Of a stretch of 64,000 nt of DNA, positions 1 to 12,295 are shown piece by piece. Source of the DNA: the human T2T-CHM13v2.0 reference genome, Homo sapiens; NCBI RefSeq assembly GCF_009914755.1, contig NC_060934.1; one strand, given 5' to 3'. Each line of letters opens with the position of its first letter. Position 1 is the stretch's first letter. The notes under the pieces were generated by a model. It was not told where the DNA came from and made no database searches. It saw only the letters and a program-made list of their open reading frames with translations. The translations under genes and the position numbers were made by a program.

Positions 1-519
1 ATAAGAGCAACAGAGGGAGGCGGGAAGCGGGCACTCTCTAGTATGGCTGCTCCGCCCCAAGATAATCAGTCCCTTTTTTTCCTTTTAAGTAAAATCTTTA
101 GAATAAATTGTAATTCTAGGTAACTAAAGAAAAAAACTTTTGTTCCCTTTCCTCTCTTTGGACGTTTTACCTGACAAGCCCCTGCTGGACCAAGTAGTGC
201 CCTGTGGCTTTGTCCTTTCAGATTGTTACCTAAAAAAACTGGGGAGGGTACTGGCCTTGTGGGCAGCTGCTTCCCTTTCCAGGGTGTCCCACTTGACCTC
301 TGAGGGTCAGAGAGAAGAGGAGCAGAAGGAATGTGGCAGCGAGGGAAGTGCCTACCTCAGCAGCACTGCCTCCTCCAGGGCACCATGAGGATTCACATGT
401 GGAGTCAGGGCTGGGCAATTTGATCCTTTCACTGCTCCCAAGTCACCCCTACAGTGAAGCCCAGTAACACCCTCTCCAACCATAACTAAGGGGAAATCTT
501 GACTCCCCTGGAGCCTGTT

Positions 520-3410
520 GCATATATCCAGTTTATTGGTTTTTGGTGTTGAGTCGTATTAAATTGTTTGAATATACAACAATTTGTGCATTCACTTGTC
601 GATGGACATTGGGTTGTTTCCAATTATTGGCTATTATAAACAGACTTGCTAGGATCATTTGTGTAACAATTCTTTGTATGGACACTTGTTTTCACTTCAC
701 TTGGGTAAATGCTCAAAAGTAGAATGGCTGACTCAAATGTTAAGTCGTATGTTTTAACTTTTTAAGAACTGCCAACTTGTTTTCCAAAGTGGTTGCACTA
801 GTTCACATTCTCACTAACACTAAATCACAGTGCCAGTTGTTCCACATCCTTGGAAACCATTTAAATTACAGCCATTCTAGTGGGTGTCTAATGGCATCTC
901 ATGATTTTGTCTTTCCATTTGCTTGTTTTTTTTGCCATTCATCTTCTCTGGTGGAACATCTGTTCAAATATTTTGTCCAGTTTAAATCTTCTAGGGGGGT
1001 CTTCTTATTCTTGAGACTCTAAGTGATCTTTATGTGTTCTAGATAAAAGTCCTTTATCAGACAATACGCTTTGCTAATATTTTCCCCACTATGTCTTGCC
1101 TTTTCATTTTCTTTTTTGCAATTAAAGCCACTTTGTTTCAGTGGCATTAATTACATTCACAATGTTATGTGACCATCTCTGTAGGGAAAAGAAAGAGAGA
1201 TCAGACTGTCACTGTGTCTATGTAGAAAGGGAAGACATAAGAGACTCCATTTTGAAAAAGACCTGTACTTTAAACAGTTGCTTTGCTGAGATGTTGTTAA
1301 TTTGTAGCTTTGCCCCAGCCACTTTGCCCCAGCCACTTTGACCCAACCTGGAGCTCACAAAAACATGTGTTGTATGAAATCAAGGTTTAAGGGATCTAGG
1401 GCTGTGCAGGATGTGCCTTGTTAACAAGATGTTTACAAGCAGTATACTTGGTAAAAGTCATTGCCATTCTCTAGTCTCAATAAACCAGGGGCACAATGCA
1501 CTGCGGAAAGCTGCAGGGACCTCTGCCCTTGAAAGCAGGGTATTGTTCAAGGTTTCTCCCCATGTGATAGTCTGAAATATGGCCTCGTGGGATGAGAAAG
1601 ACCTGACTGTCCCCCAGCCTGACACCCGTAAAGGGTCTGTGCTGAGGTGGATTAGTAAAAGAGGAAAGCCTCTTGCAGTTGAGATAGAGGAAGGCCACTG
1701 TCTCCTGCTTGCCCCTAGGAACTGAATGTCTCAGTGTAAAACCCGATTGTACATTTGTTCAACTCTGAGACAGCAGAAAAGCTGCCCTGTGGCGGGAGGC
1801 GAGACATGTTTGCAGTAATGCTGCCTTGTTGTTCTTTACTCTGCTGAGATGTTTGGGTGGAGAGAAACATATATCTGGCCTATGTGCACGTCCAGGCATA
1901 GTACCTTCCCTTGAACTTAATTATGACATAGATTCTTTTGCTCACGTTTTTTGTTGACCTTCTCCTTATTATCACCCTGCTCTCCTACTACATTCCTTTT
2001 TGCTGAAATAATGAAAATAATAATCAATAAAAACTGAGGGAACTCAGAGGCCGGTGCCGGTGCAAGTCCTTGGTGTGCTGAGTGCCGGTCCCCTGGACCC
2101 ACTGTTGTTTCTTTATACTTTGTCTCTGTGTCTTATTTCTTTTCTCCGTCTCTCATCCCACCCGACTAGAAATACCCACAAGTGTGGAGGGGCAGGCCAC
2201 CCCTTCACATCTCCACTATTTCCAAAATTTTTCACCATCCCAAACAGAACTCTATAGCCATTAGCAATAACTTCCCACTTCCACCACCCCCAGCACCTAG
2301 TAACTGCTATTCTTTCTGTAGGGAACTTACCTGAGTATTTCATGTAAGTGGAACATATATTTGTATATTTGTCCTTTTGTGTCTATTTATTTCACTTAGC
2401 ATAACATCTGCAAGTCTCACCATGTTGTATCAAAACTCCATTCCTTTTATGGCAATATATGGCCACTGTCCCATATATGACGCATTTTCTTCATCCATTC
2501 ACTTGTCAATGGACTCTTGGGTTGTTTCCAAGTTTTGGCTACTGTGAATAATGCTGCAATTAATATGAGCATGTAAATATCTGTTTAAGTCCCTACTTTC
2601 AAATCTTTTGACTATAAATCTAAAAGTAGAATTGAGGGGTCATATGGTAATTTTATGTTTAGCTCTTTGAGGGGGTGCTGAACTGTTTTCCACAGTGGCT
2701 GCACCATTTTACATTCCCACCAGCAGTGCATTCTGGTTTCTGATTTCTATCCTTGCCAACACTTATTTTCCACTTTTTAAAAATTAGAGCCATCCTAGTA
2801 AGTGTGAAGTGTTACCTCATCATGGTTTTAATTTGCATTGCCCTGATGGCTAATGATTTTGAGCCTCTTTTCAAAATGTTAGCCACTCGTGTATCTTCTT
2901 TGGAGAAATTAGTAACTGCTCTGCCCATTTTTAATTCGACTTTTTGTTAAATTGTAGTTATTTATATATTCTGGATATTAATCCCTTATCAGATATATAA
3001 TTTACAAGTATTTTCTCCCATTCTGTAGGTTGCCTTACTTTTTTGATAATGTCCTTTGATGCACAAATATTTTTAATTTTGATGAAGTCCAATTTATGTT
3101 TTATCTTTTGTTATTTATGCTTTTGGTGTCTTGTCTAAGAACCCTTTGCCAAATTAAAGGTCATGAAGTACACTCCTATGTTTCTTCTAAAAGTCTGATG
3201 GTTTGAGTTCTTATGTTTAGATATGTCACTGATCCATTTTGAGTAAATTTTTGTATATGGTGAGAGTTAGGGGTCCAGCTTCACTCTTTTGCTTGTGGAA
3301 ATCCAGTTATTCCAGCATCATCTGTTGAAAAGATTTTTCTTTCCCCATTGAACAAACTTGGAAACCTTGTCACACATCAATTGGTCACAGGTGTATGGCT
3401 TAGACAACTC
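520..3410 (-). mobile_element. Old L1M (L1MB/L1ME-type) 3'-end fragments, interrupted by the LTR5
   Basis: T-rich antisense L1 motifs (gatggacattgggttgtttcc, catttacattcccaccagcagtg, ccagcatcatctgttgaaaag). Confidence 0.75.
1180..2207 (+). mobile_element. HERV-K(HML-2) solo LTR (LTR5A/LTR5B type)
   Basis: Starts TGTAGGGAAAAGAAAGAGAGATCAGACTG, ends GGCAGGCCACCCCTTCA; 1028 bp; perfect 6-bp TSD CATCTC (1174-1179 and 2208-2213). Confidence 0.93.
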
Positions 3411-3904
3411 CTGAGTTGTAAAAGGAAAGAGAGAAACAGAGATGGTAACTATGGTATGTTTGTTACTGAGGGGAATGACCCAGAAGAGGGGAAAACTTGA
3501 TGATGCAGGAGAGGAGAGAACTGCTTGTCTTAGCAGGCAAGAGGTGATGGAGTTTGGAAGACGAATACAAGTGGAAGGTCTGCCCTTGGAGAGTTTATCT
3601 ATAAGAACTGGCAGGAAGGCCAGTATGTCACTGCAGATGCTAACAGGTAGGTGGGCATGGTAGCAAATTACAGAAATGAATCCATCTACTCAACAAATAC
3701 TTACTGGTCACCTACACCTTACTTTGTGCCAGATGTTGTTCTAAGGATACAATTGGTATTTTCAGCCATTTAAACTTTAGCCATTCTAGTGGGTATCTAA
3801 TGGTATCTCATTGTGATTTTAATTTGCATTTCCATTTTTTTCTTTTTTGCCATTCATCTTCTCTGATGAAGTATCTGTTCCGTTCTGTTCTGAGGGTTCT
3901 CTGG

Positions 3905-4262
3905 TGAACCCTCATACATTGCTGGTGGGAATGTAAAATGGTGCAGCCACTGTGGAAAACAGTTTGGCAGTTCCTCAAAGAGCAAAACACAATTACTATA
4001 TGATCCAGCAATTCTTCTTTTAGGCATATAATGAAAAGAACTGAAGGTATGAACTTGAACAGATACTTATATGACAATATTTATTGCAGCATTATTCGTA
4101 AGAGCCAAAAGGTGGAAACACCCCAAGTGTCCATTGAAAACTGAATGGATAAATATGCTATACGCAGGCAATGGAATATTTAGCCATAAAAGGAGTCTAG
4201 TTCTGATACATGCTACAACATGCATGGACCTTAAAAATGTTCTGCAAAGTGAAGTATGCAGA
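3905..4262 (+). mobile_element. L1M 3'-end fragment
   Basis: cattgctggtgggaatgtaaaatggtgcagccactgtggaaaacagtttggcagttcctcaa is a typical L1MB/MC motif. Confidence 0.75.
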
Positions 4263-5151
4263 CAGTGAATCAAAACACAGGTCCCTGTGCTCATGGAGCT
4301 ACCACATTTAAGGATAAGAAAGAAATATCAAACACAAAGGACTATGGTAGGCTTGAGGATCTGAAAGTTGAACTGGACTGGGGATGTTTGGGCAATATCA
4401 TCAAATTTACATTTAAAATGGCTGCTAAGGGGCCAGTCAGTGGTTATTGTAGAAAATCTGAATGTTTATCTCCCAGGAATAATTTTGGACAGTAAGCAAC
4501 ATTAGTATAAGTTTTCAACATTTAAAGTCAATAGATCAACTACTGCAGATAAAACTGAAGACAAGTCTTCTGTAAACTTGCAATAAAGCAATGGATTAAA
4601 TTCTGGGATTTAAATCTTCTGAATAGTGTTTCCTCTCTCAAAGTGATCCATAAGTAACGTGTTTATATGTCAGTCTATTTTAGAATCCAGAATAAGTAGA
4701 AAGTCAAATAAAATTTATTATCACTGATGACTTTTTATGGAAACTCTATACCCTCAAAAATTTAAAATCTTAATTAAAAGTACAGTGAAGACTTAATTGT
4801 AGAAGCAAATGAAGGTAAGAATTGCCGTATCAGTGAACTTAGTATTTGTCTCATGGTTCTCCTACCATTTTTGTACCCTAAAGGTTCACACTTAGATGAC
4901 ATACCACCCTCAGAGCAGTGGAGACTTGATGGGCTACTTAATCTAGACCTAATCCACCTTGAAAATCTGCTCCCACTCATCACTCAGAAGCCACTTCCAC
5001 CTATCCCTAAATTCTCAGAAGAATCCTGAGTCATGAGAGAAATTCTAAAGAGCCAGTGAAGGATCTTTATAGGCTCAAAAGGAGTCCTGGGGAGATACTC
5101 ATTCTGTTTCTGAACTTCTTTGAGCATATCAGATCAGAAATATCTAGGCCT

Positions 5152-5468
5152 TAATGAAGTCATGTCTTTCGCAGTGACATGGATGGATCACCCTAAGTGA
5201 AACAATTCAGAAACAGAAAATCAAATATCACATGTTCACTCATAAGTGAAAGCTAAACAGTGGGTAAACATGGACATACAAAGGGAAAGAACAGACTCCC
5301 GGGACTCCAAAAGGGAGAGGGTAGTAGGAGGGTGAAAGGTGGAAAATTACCTATTGACTATAATGGCCACTACTAAGGTGATGGGTACACTAGAAGCCAT
5401 TATGCAACATGTCCATGTAACACACCTGCACATGTACCCCTGGAATCTACAAAAATGAACATTTAAAA
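5152..5468 (+). mobile_element. L1 (L1PB/L1MA-type) 3' end
   Basis: aatgaagtcatgtctttcgcag...cacctgcacatgtacccctg followed by an A-rich tail. Confidence 0.75.
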
Positions 5469-7058
5469 ATGTAAACATTAAGCCTCCAAGGAATAAACTA
5501 AAGACAAATGGCCTCTACTCAAGGTTATCTCTCAAACTGTAGTGAAAAACAGAAAGGAAAAATTCCAGGTTCAAACAAAAAGCTGATCACAGGTGACTTT
5601 TTAAGTGGTATTATGAACTGTTCTTGTGGCTCAAGGTCTTACCTGGGTGCCTGTTTTAAGGAAATTCATAAAGTAAGACTGGAAAAGAGTAAGAAAACTT
5701 TTAAAATGTCATGGAATCACTGTAAAATATGCCACTATTTGGCATTAGCCAAACAATGTACTCATGATACTTAATATTTTGTAAATTTCTATAGTATAGT
5801 TTAAATGGAAAAAAAAGTTCTAATTGTTGTTTTGCTTCCTGGACTCTTGCTTTTTGCAAAGTGTCTCACTGGAGATCAAAATGTACTGCTGCTGGGAAAA
5901 TAAGTATTTTAGTGACCAAGTTCTATGTGGCTTCAGTCAAAGCATCTCAATGTGTGGTGTGTGTATCTACATAGAGATAGATATACTATTATCAATTTCT
6001 CAGACTATATTTTGAAATTGCCAGTTTCAAGCCTAGAATTACTCAAATGTCAAATTGAGTCTTCCGATTTAAGTATTTTAGGCTCTTATAATCAGCATGA
6101 GAAATAAACTTGTATACAATTCCTCCAACTTCCAACAAAGGGATTCCTATAGAAAATCTTTTTGTCTGCTATAAATTGTAATATAAAATCTAAAAATTCA
6201 CCACATTCCAGCCTCAAACACGTGTTTGGAAAAAAAAATTATGTACATATAGAAGATAGACTTTGTTACTTTGTTCTAATATATTTTTAAAATATCATTA
6301 TAAGAGCAGAGTTCTGGAGCAGAAATATGCAATTCAACTACTGATTATGCCTAAGGCACAGGGAAATGAATTAAGCTAAGTGGAATTATGGATGGTGGAA
6401 AACAAGATGAAACAGGGTGACAGAGAGTAATAAATACAGATAATTTTTTTCATGGATCTTACAAACTACTAAAAATGTGTAATTCTCACCTCAAATATGC
6501 TTTAGTCTAAGCTATGAAACACATTTAAATGGAGTAAGTAAAAGAAGATTAACAGGATGTGAAGGGATTGTATAAATGTGAAAGGCTAGTAAGGCTGAAA
6601 CTTTTTCTCCTCCAAATATTTCTGACATTTGTTGTATGCTTAAGAAAGCAGCATATATTTCTTCTAATAAGCTTTACACAAGTAGTACTTATGGATATAT
6701 CCTTTCAAACAGAAACCAAAGCCAAATAAAAGTAAAATTTTTCCTAATTTTTCTTATCAGAAAAGTTAACAATCCCCTATCTATATCTTAAATAAAATGA
6801 TACAATTTCCAGCACCTACTAATGGCTCTAAGATGTTCATAAAGTTAATTCTGCTTAATATTGGGATGAAACCTCTCTCCCAGCGTAGCAGGATAAGTAA
6901 GGATCTATCCACCATGATTCAGAGAGCCCAAGGACAGTCTTCAAGTCTGTATTTCACCATACCACTCTCCTTATGTCCCTAGTACATTTTTTTAAAGAAT
7001 TATGTTTTAGCTTCATAAGTGAACTACCCACCAACCAGAAATGCTTTTCCTCAACTTC

Positions 7059-7064
7059 TTTAAT
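7059..7064 (-). terminator. Distal polyadenylation signal ATTAAA (proximal copy at 7140-7145)
   Basis: tttaat on + strand, followed on minus strand by a CA cleavage-like site and a GU/U-rich tract. Confidence 0.65.
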
Positions 7065-7192
7065 CTATAAAAATTTCATGCACACAACCTGATAAAATAC
7101 ATCAGAGTCAAGACATCCGATTTAAGTATTTTAGGCATATTTAATAAATAACTTCAGTAAATAGCACTGTAAAAAGTGAACTGTTAAAACTA

Positions 7193-8058
7193 AAGGCACT
7201 TAAAACAAGAATGTGACTAGTGTGAAACAAGATGGGCAACTCAAATGGTGAGAAGTAAACATACAGTGGTCTGTTATGGCACTAACTCAAAGTAAGACTC
7301 GCGTAGGTGAGAGCTGTTGCATAGCCACAGTATAACTTCACATGTTCATTAAAAAGGCAAATTGACCGCTAAAACTTCAAAGAAAAAGTACTCATAAAAA
7401 AAGTCTTACCCCAAAATTGCAAACAAATACATTAAAAGATTAGAAGAGGTGACAGAAAGCACCAGACATTAAACAAAATAAAAATAATAAAATAAATTCA
7501 ACTCAAAAGGTCCCCATTCAGCAAATACTTTGTAAAGTATGGCCTGTATGTAAATAGTGCTAAATCAAGGACTTTTTAGCAGAAAATTGCTCGGTTCTTT
7601 TATCTAAGGCTTGAATTTGTAAAGTGAAGGCATAAAAGTTACCAAACATTAAGTAACTCTTAAAATGGCACACAGGTTTTAAAGCTATTGGTTTTTCCTT
7701 CCTAACTCTCTGAATTTTTCCCATGGCCTTTGTAGATCAACTATTTCAAACGTATTTTACACCAGCAACTCTCAACATACTTGTCTTTCAGATATGTCAT
7801 CAGTCATGTCTAACAGGCAAATAGCAAAATAACAGATTTAAAACAATCCTTAACTAGCTAGCAGGACATTTACTTTGGATTCTGCATAACTGCAAACTGA
7901 CATATTTGTAAAGCTAAAAATCAGTTTTAATACATGATTAACAGAAACTCTCATCATGCTCATTACTTTAACTATTGCCCTTTCAATCGCTATAGAAATA
8001 TCACTTAATCCAATAAGCTTGATTTCAATAGTCCAGGAAGAAAAGGTCAAAAAGGCAC
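7193..8058 (-). promoter_or_regulatory. miRNA seed matches in 3' UTR: miR-124 (7193-7199, 8052-8058), miR-183 (7275-7282, 7665-7671), miR-29 (7458-7464)
   Basis: GTGCCTT, GTGCCAT(A) and TGGTGCT read on the minus strand; ITGB1 is an established target of these families. Confidence 0.7.
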
Positions 8059-8360
8059 AATGTGACCTTAGCTGACAAGAATAACCATCCTGTCTCAAGT
8101 CTTTTGTCAGTCCCTGGCATGAATTACAACATTATTTTCAAAATAATAAAACATTTTAAAAATTATACATATTGTACATTTTCAAAACCTGCACATGAGT
8201 AAAACCATGGCAATATTGCCCTAAAGCTACCTAACTGTGACTATGGAAATTGCTACTTTGCATTCAGTGTTGTGGGATTTGCACGGGCAGTACTCATTTT
8301 CCCTCATACTTCGGATTGACCACAGTTGTTACGGCACTCTTATAAATAGGATTTTCACCC
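8058..8360 (-). ncRNA. SNORA86: Candidate H/ACA-box RNA embedded in ITGB1 exon 16 / 3' UTR (probably SNORA86)
   Basis: Minus strand: H box ACAAAA (8107-8102), hairpin GACTT-GA-GACAGGA-loop-TCTTGTC-AGCTA-AGGTC (8101-8064), ACA (8063-8061) plus 3 nt to 8058. The symbol is my unverified recollection of an H/ACA gene annotated at the ITGB1 3' end. The 5' boundary cannot be read from the sequence. Confidence 0.45.
8294..8359 (-). CDS. ITGB1: ITGB1 exon 16 coding part (beta1A tail GENPIYKSAVTTVVNPKYEGK*)
   Basis: gtag|GGTGAAAAT...AAATGA; two NPxY motifs. Confidence 0.98.
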   Translation of the reverse strand, partial: GENPIYKSAVTTVVNPKYEGK

Positions 8361-9794
8361 TACAACAAAAAAAAAGTGAGAAAAATTATCAGTTACCCTA
8401 CTAAAATTATGTAGAATAATTTTTATAAATCAAGACTAAAAGTTGCAATCATCTTAAGAAGTCATTTCTATTTTATTTGTCCAGATATCACAGTTGTTTT
8501 AAAGGCATTAATAATGGTTTATATAAAAATAGAAAATGGAAGCTTTGCTTTACAAGTCTAATGATGCCCCGTTATCTGGTGCTATTTCATTCTTGAGTCC
8601 TTCCTCCACTGGAGGCTTGATTTAAGAATGTTCTCCATGGCACAGAATGTGCTGTCATCGTGGATTCTCTCCTCTGAACTAGTTTGCAATGCCTGCCTTA
8701 ATGAAGCATGAACTCCGCTGCCATCACTGCCTGATTCTTATCCCTTTATCGTGAACAGAAGGCGCCTGCTAATCAAAACGGGAATCCTCGGCTTTCACTG
8801 CTGGGAGGGAGGTGTGCTTCTGGGGTCTCCTACGGAAGTTACTAATTTAGAGAGTAAGGCTGTCATTGTGTCAGGGACAGCACTGCGCCCCACCAAGTCA
8901 CACTGCCAAATTTGCTTAGAATGTTAGATAATTACCATTCCTTATGAAATAACTTGTTATGCTTCAATATCATATTGGTGAAATGTCTTATTGCAGTGCT
9001 ATAATTTAGTAAACAGTACTGAAGTCAAGCCTAGCAAGCAGGCCCCAAGCCATAAACACAAGAGATCTTTCAAGATCCAAAAATATACTGACAGTGATGT
9101 TTTAAGCAGAAAAAAACATATCACTGTATCACCCTTTTCCTTAAAAATTCTCTTATACTATAACTGCTACATTTAAATACTTGCTATAGCATTCTTTTTT
9201 CTCCTGTTCTTATAAATTGAAAGCAGGCTTGAAAGCCAAGTGAGAAGTGTGACCAAATAACACTTAATCAGAGAAAATTACAGTGAGTACAAATAAAAAA
9301 TACTTGTTAACTACCAGGGAAATTTTTTTTAAGAAAAAATTAAGATTTTGGAATGTTGTTCAGTTTTATATCTCACTATAGAACCAACTGCAGGTGATTT
9401 TTAAAAAAATATTTATAGAAAGCATCTAAAACATTTTTTGATCTAAAAGTAATTTTTGTTTTTAAATTTTATTCACACTTCATTGCAGACTGTATTTGGA
9501 TCTGCCTTTTGGTGGCACAATTTCTGCCCTCAAGGAAGGTATAGTTTGGTGGGTGAGAGACATGAAAATAAGGCACTCTGATGAAGTTTACAATAGAGTT
9601 ATGAACATAATCTGGGAATAGTATAAGAAAAAAGTTATTAACTTTAAGAAGATTAAGGAGATTTTCATTGTGAAATTGACTAGAAAAATTATTGGTTGGT
9701 AAATAGCAATCTATGCAAAGTCAAGGTGTAGGGAAAAGAATGGGACATTTAAGTAGAAATACATACAGTTCAGAAGTTTCTAGAGTTAGGGGAG

Positions 9795-10097
9795 GGCAGG
9801 CGCGGTGGCTCATGCCTGTAATCCCAGAACTTTGAGAGGCCGAGGTGGGTGGATCACTTTTGGTTAGGAGTTTGAGATCAGCCTGGCCAACACGGTAAAA
9901 CCCCGTCTCTACTAAAAATACAAAAATTAGCTGGGTGTGGTGGCGGGTGCCTGTAATCCCAGCTACTCATGAAGCTGGGATAGGGGAATCACTTGAACCC
10001 GGGAAGCGGAGATTGTAGTGAGCTGAGATCGCACCACTGCACTCCAGACTGGGCGAAAGAGCAAGACTCCATCTCAAAAAAAAAAAAAAAAAAAAAA
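9795..10097 (+). mobile_element. AluS
   Basis: Full dimeric Alu with poly(A) tail. Confidence 0.95.
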
Positions 10098-12295
10098 GAG
10101 GAAAAAAAAGAATTAAGGGGGCATATGATTGGAGGTGAGGAGACAAAGGAAGAACAGTCCTAGAGGCCTTGCTATGAAGTCTGAACTTCATCCTGTAGGT
10201 ATCCCATACCAATGAGGGAAAAACATTAACATATAAAGGCTGGGTCCTGCAAGACACCAAATAAACCACTGTGATTTCAGCTCAGCAGCTCATGTGATAC
10301 CAATCAGAACCAGACAACATACCTCAGCCCTCACTCCCCTCTCCTCAAAATACACCTTGACTGGTTGTTTCAGAAACATGGACAAACTCAGGATCCCTCA
10401 GAGACAAACAGCATATAATGTGGATGACAAAACTGTGTACATCAAACTCTCAGCTCTAGTCCCAACTGAAGCTAATACATTATACAGCTGTGAGAGCAGA
10501 CATTTCAAAATGGGGGTCAGGAAACTGGATTTTGGCAACTACTATCTTAAAAAGCCAGAGTGCAAATAAATTACACTCCACATTTATATCCTATCTGATT
10601 TGAGGCTAAGTGCTACACATTCCTTCAAATATGTTGGGAAAATAAATTAGCATCTAATTAAATTTCTTTAATACAATATATTTGCTAAATCTAGTATTTA
10701 ATACTCAAGAATTATAAGGGAAGGACAAAAAAAAAAAAGAAAACAAAAAATAAAGAAAAAAAGCCCTATATAGATGAGTCCAAAGTGTAATTTATATGGA
10801 AGAACTTACCTTTGGAGAAACATCTGTCTTGTCGTATACACAAACATTTGTATTTATTATTTCAAAGTCCACTCAAACAAAAGTTTAACATGCAAGGTTA
10901 GAGGTAAAATTAAGCTCACTATCTGTATTAGGCATCATTTTAAATGAAGGTAAACTAAAATAATTCAAATTAGTTTCCATCATTCAGAGTGCAACACCAC
11001 CCCACCCCAAAAAAACCCGCAGCAAGAGAACAGGGTTATATTATGAAAGGAAGCCCTCAAGCTCAGTAAAATGTCATCTTTGTGCTCACTCTGGAATGGC
11101 TGACAGTGGTAGCTGCAGAACCATCTCTACAATGTATTAAATACATAATGCAGAAGTGTGGGAGATTTGGGAGCCACATTTAAACCCGCATAGCAGCAGA
11201 TGAGGACAGACCATTTTTTTAACCCACTCCAACAGTTAGAAGCTGATAATGTGACATGTTCTTCTTAATGTTCCTACATGGTAGTCTTCTGCCAAAGTAA
11301 TTAGCGCCTGCCCATTATTTCAAAAATTTCAATGACATAATTGACTGGCAAACCTTGGTCCATATCAGAAAAGTTTCTTACAATCCATGATGTAATTTCT
11401 TGATGCTCATTCATTTATTTCAATTGTTAATTTCTACTTTTTCTTGAGAAAAACATCTCTTAAAATAATCTGTAGCCATCAAATTGCCTGGACTTCAATA
11501 ATGCATAGAGAAATTTTTACCAAACTTCTGCTTCCTGAATTACATAAAATGCTTATTTTAGCAACATTTTAGCCATATATACATTATAAACATTAAGTTT
11601 AAATAACATTTACTGATAATTTCCTTCAAAATACAATGAAAGGTACAGCAAGGGTGAAAATTTCACCTCAGTAGGACAGAAATTTTTTCTCTTGTGAGAA
11701 ATAACCACATGAAATTGTCAACATTTGACTATTTTTGACCTACAACTAAAGAAAAAAATATGTATTAAAAAAAAAAAAAAGCCTGGCAATGTCATTGGCT
11801 AATCAGTTTTCCTCTAAAAATGACTTTCTGTAAAGTACTAAGTGAGAACGAGAAAAATATATTGTCTCAGACTAATACAAATATGTACCAACCTGCCCAT
11901 ATGTGAATTTGAATATAATTTTCTGCCATCAAATTTAACTTTAAAAATCTTACGGTCTACTTAGAAATAAAAATCTGACAAGTTAATGATTTCTAATGTT
12001 ATCAGCACTTCCTATATCACTTGTAACTATTAAACATTCCTGTACTGTAGGCTCTTATTCATGATCAGTTTGTAAGCACACTCTCAATAGTCAAAAAACA
12101 CAACAACAGCACTGGGTTCCATGTATTAAAGTGATTTCCCTAACATGATGTTTGCCAACAGCAGCAGTGTTAACTCTGACAGAGTAACAACAAATTGTAA
12201 AAGGGCTGTAAATCTCTATAAAGAGTGATCTACCTCTTCCTAACCAGGTAACGGGACTTCTGAAGATACATAACTGCTACCAAGTACAATGTCAT

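Larger units (their letters stand above)
7042..8293 (-). other. ITGB1: ITGB1 3' UTR (about 1.25 kb)
   Basis: AU-rich, repeat-free sequence after the stop codon; ATTAAA signals on minus strand at 7140-7145 and 7059-7064; end inferred about 17 nt past the distal signal. Confidence 0.8.

Noticed and set aside
1141-2343. Short ORFs across the LTR5 as retroviral genes
   Set aside because: Solo LTR bounded by its TSD, with no gag, pol or env sequence
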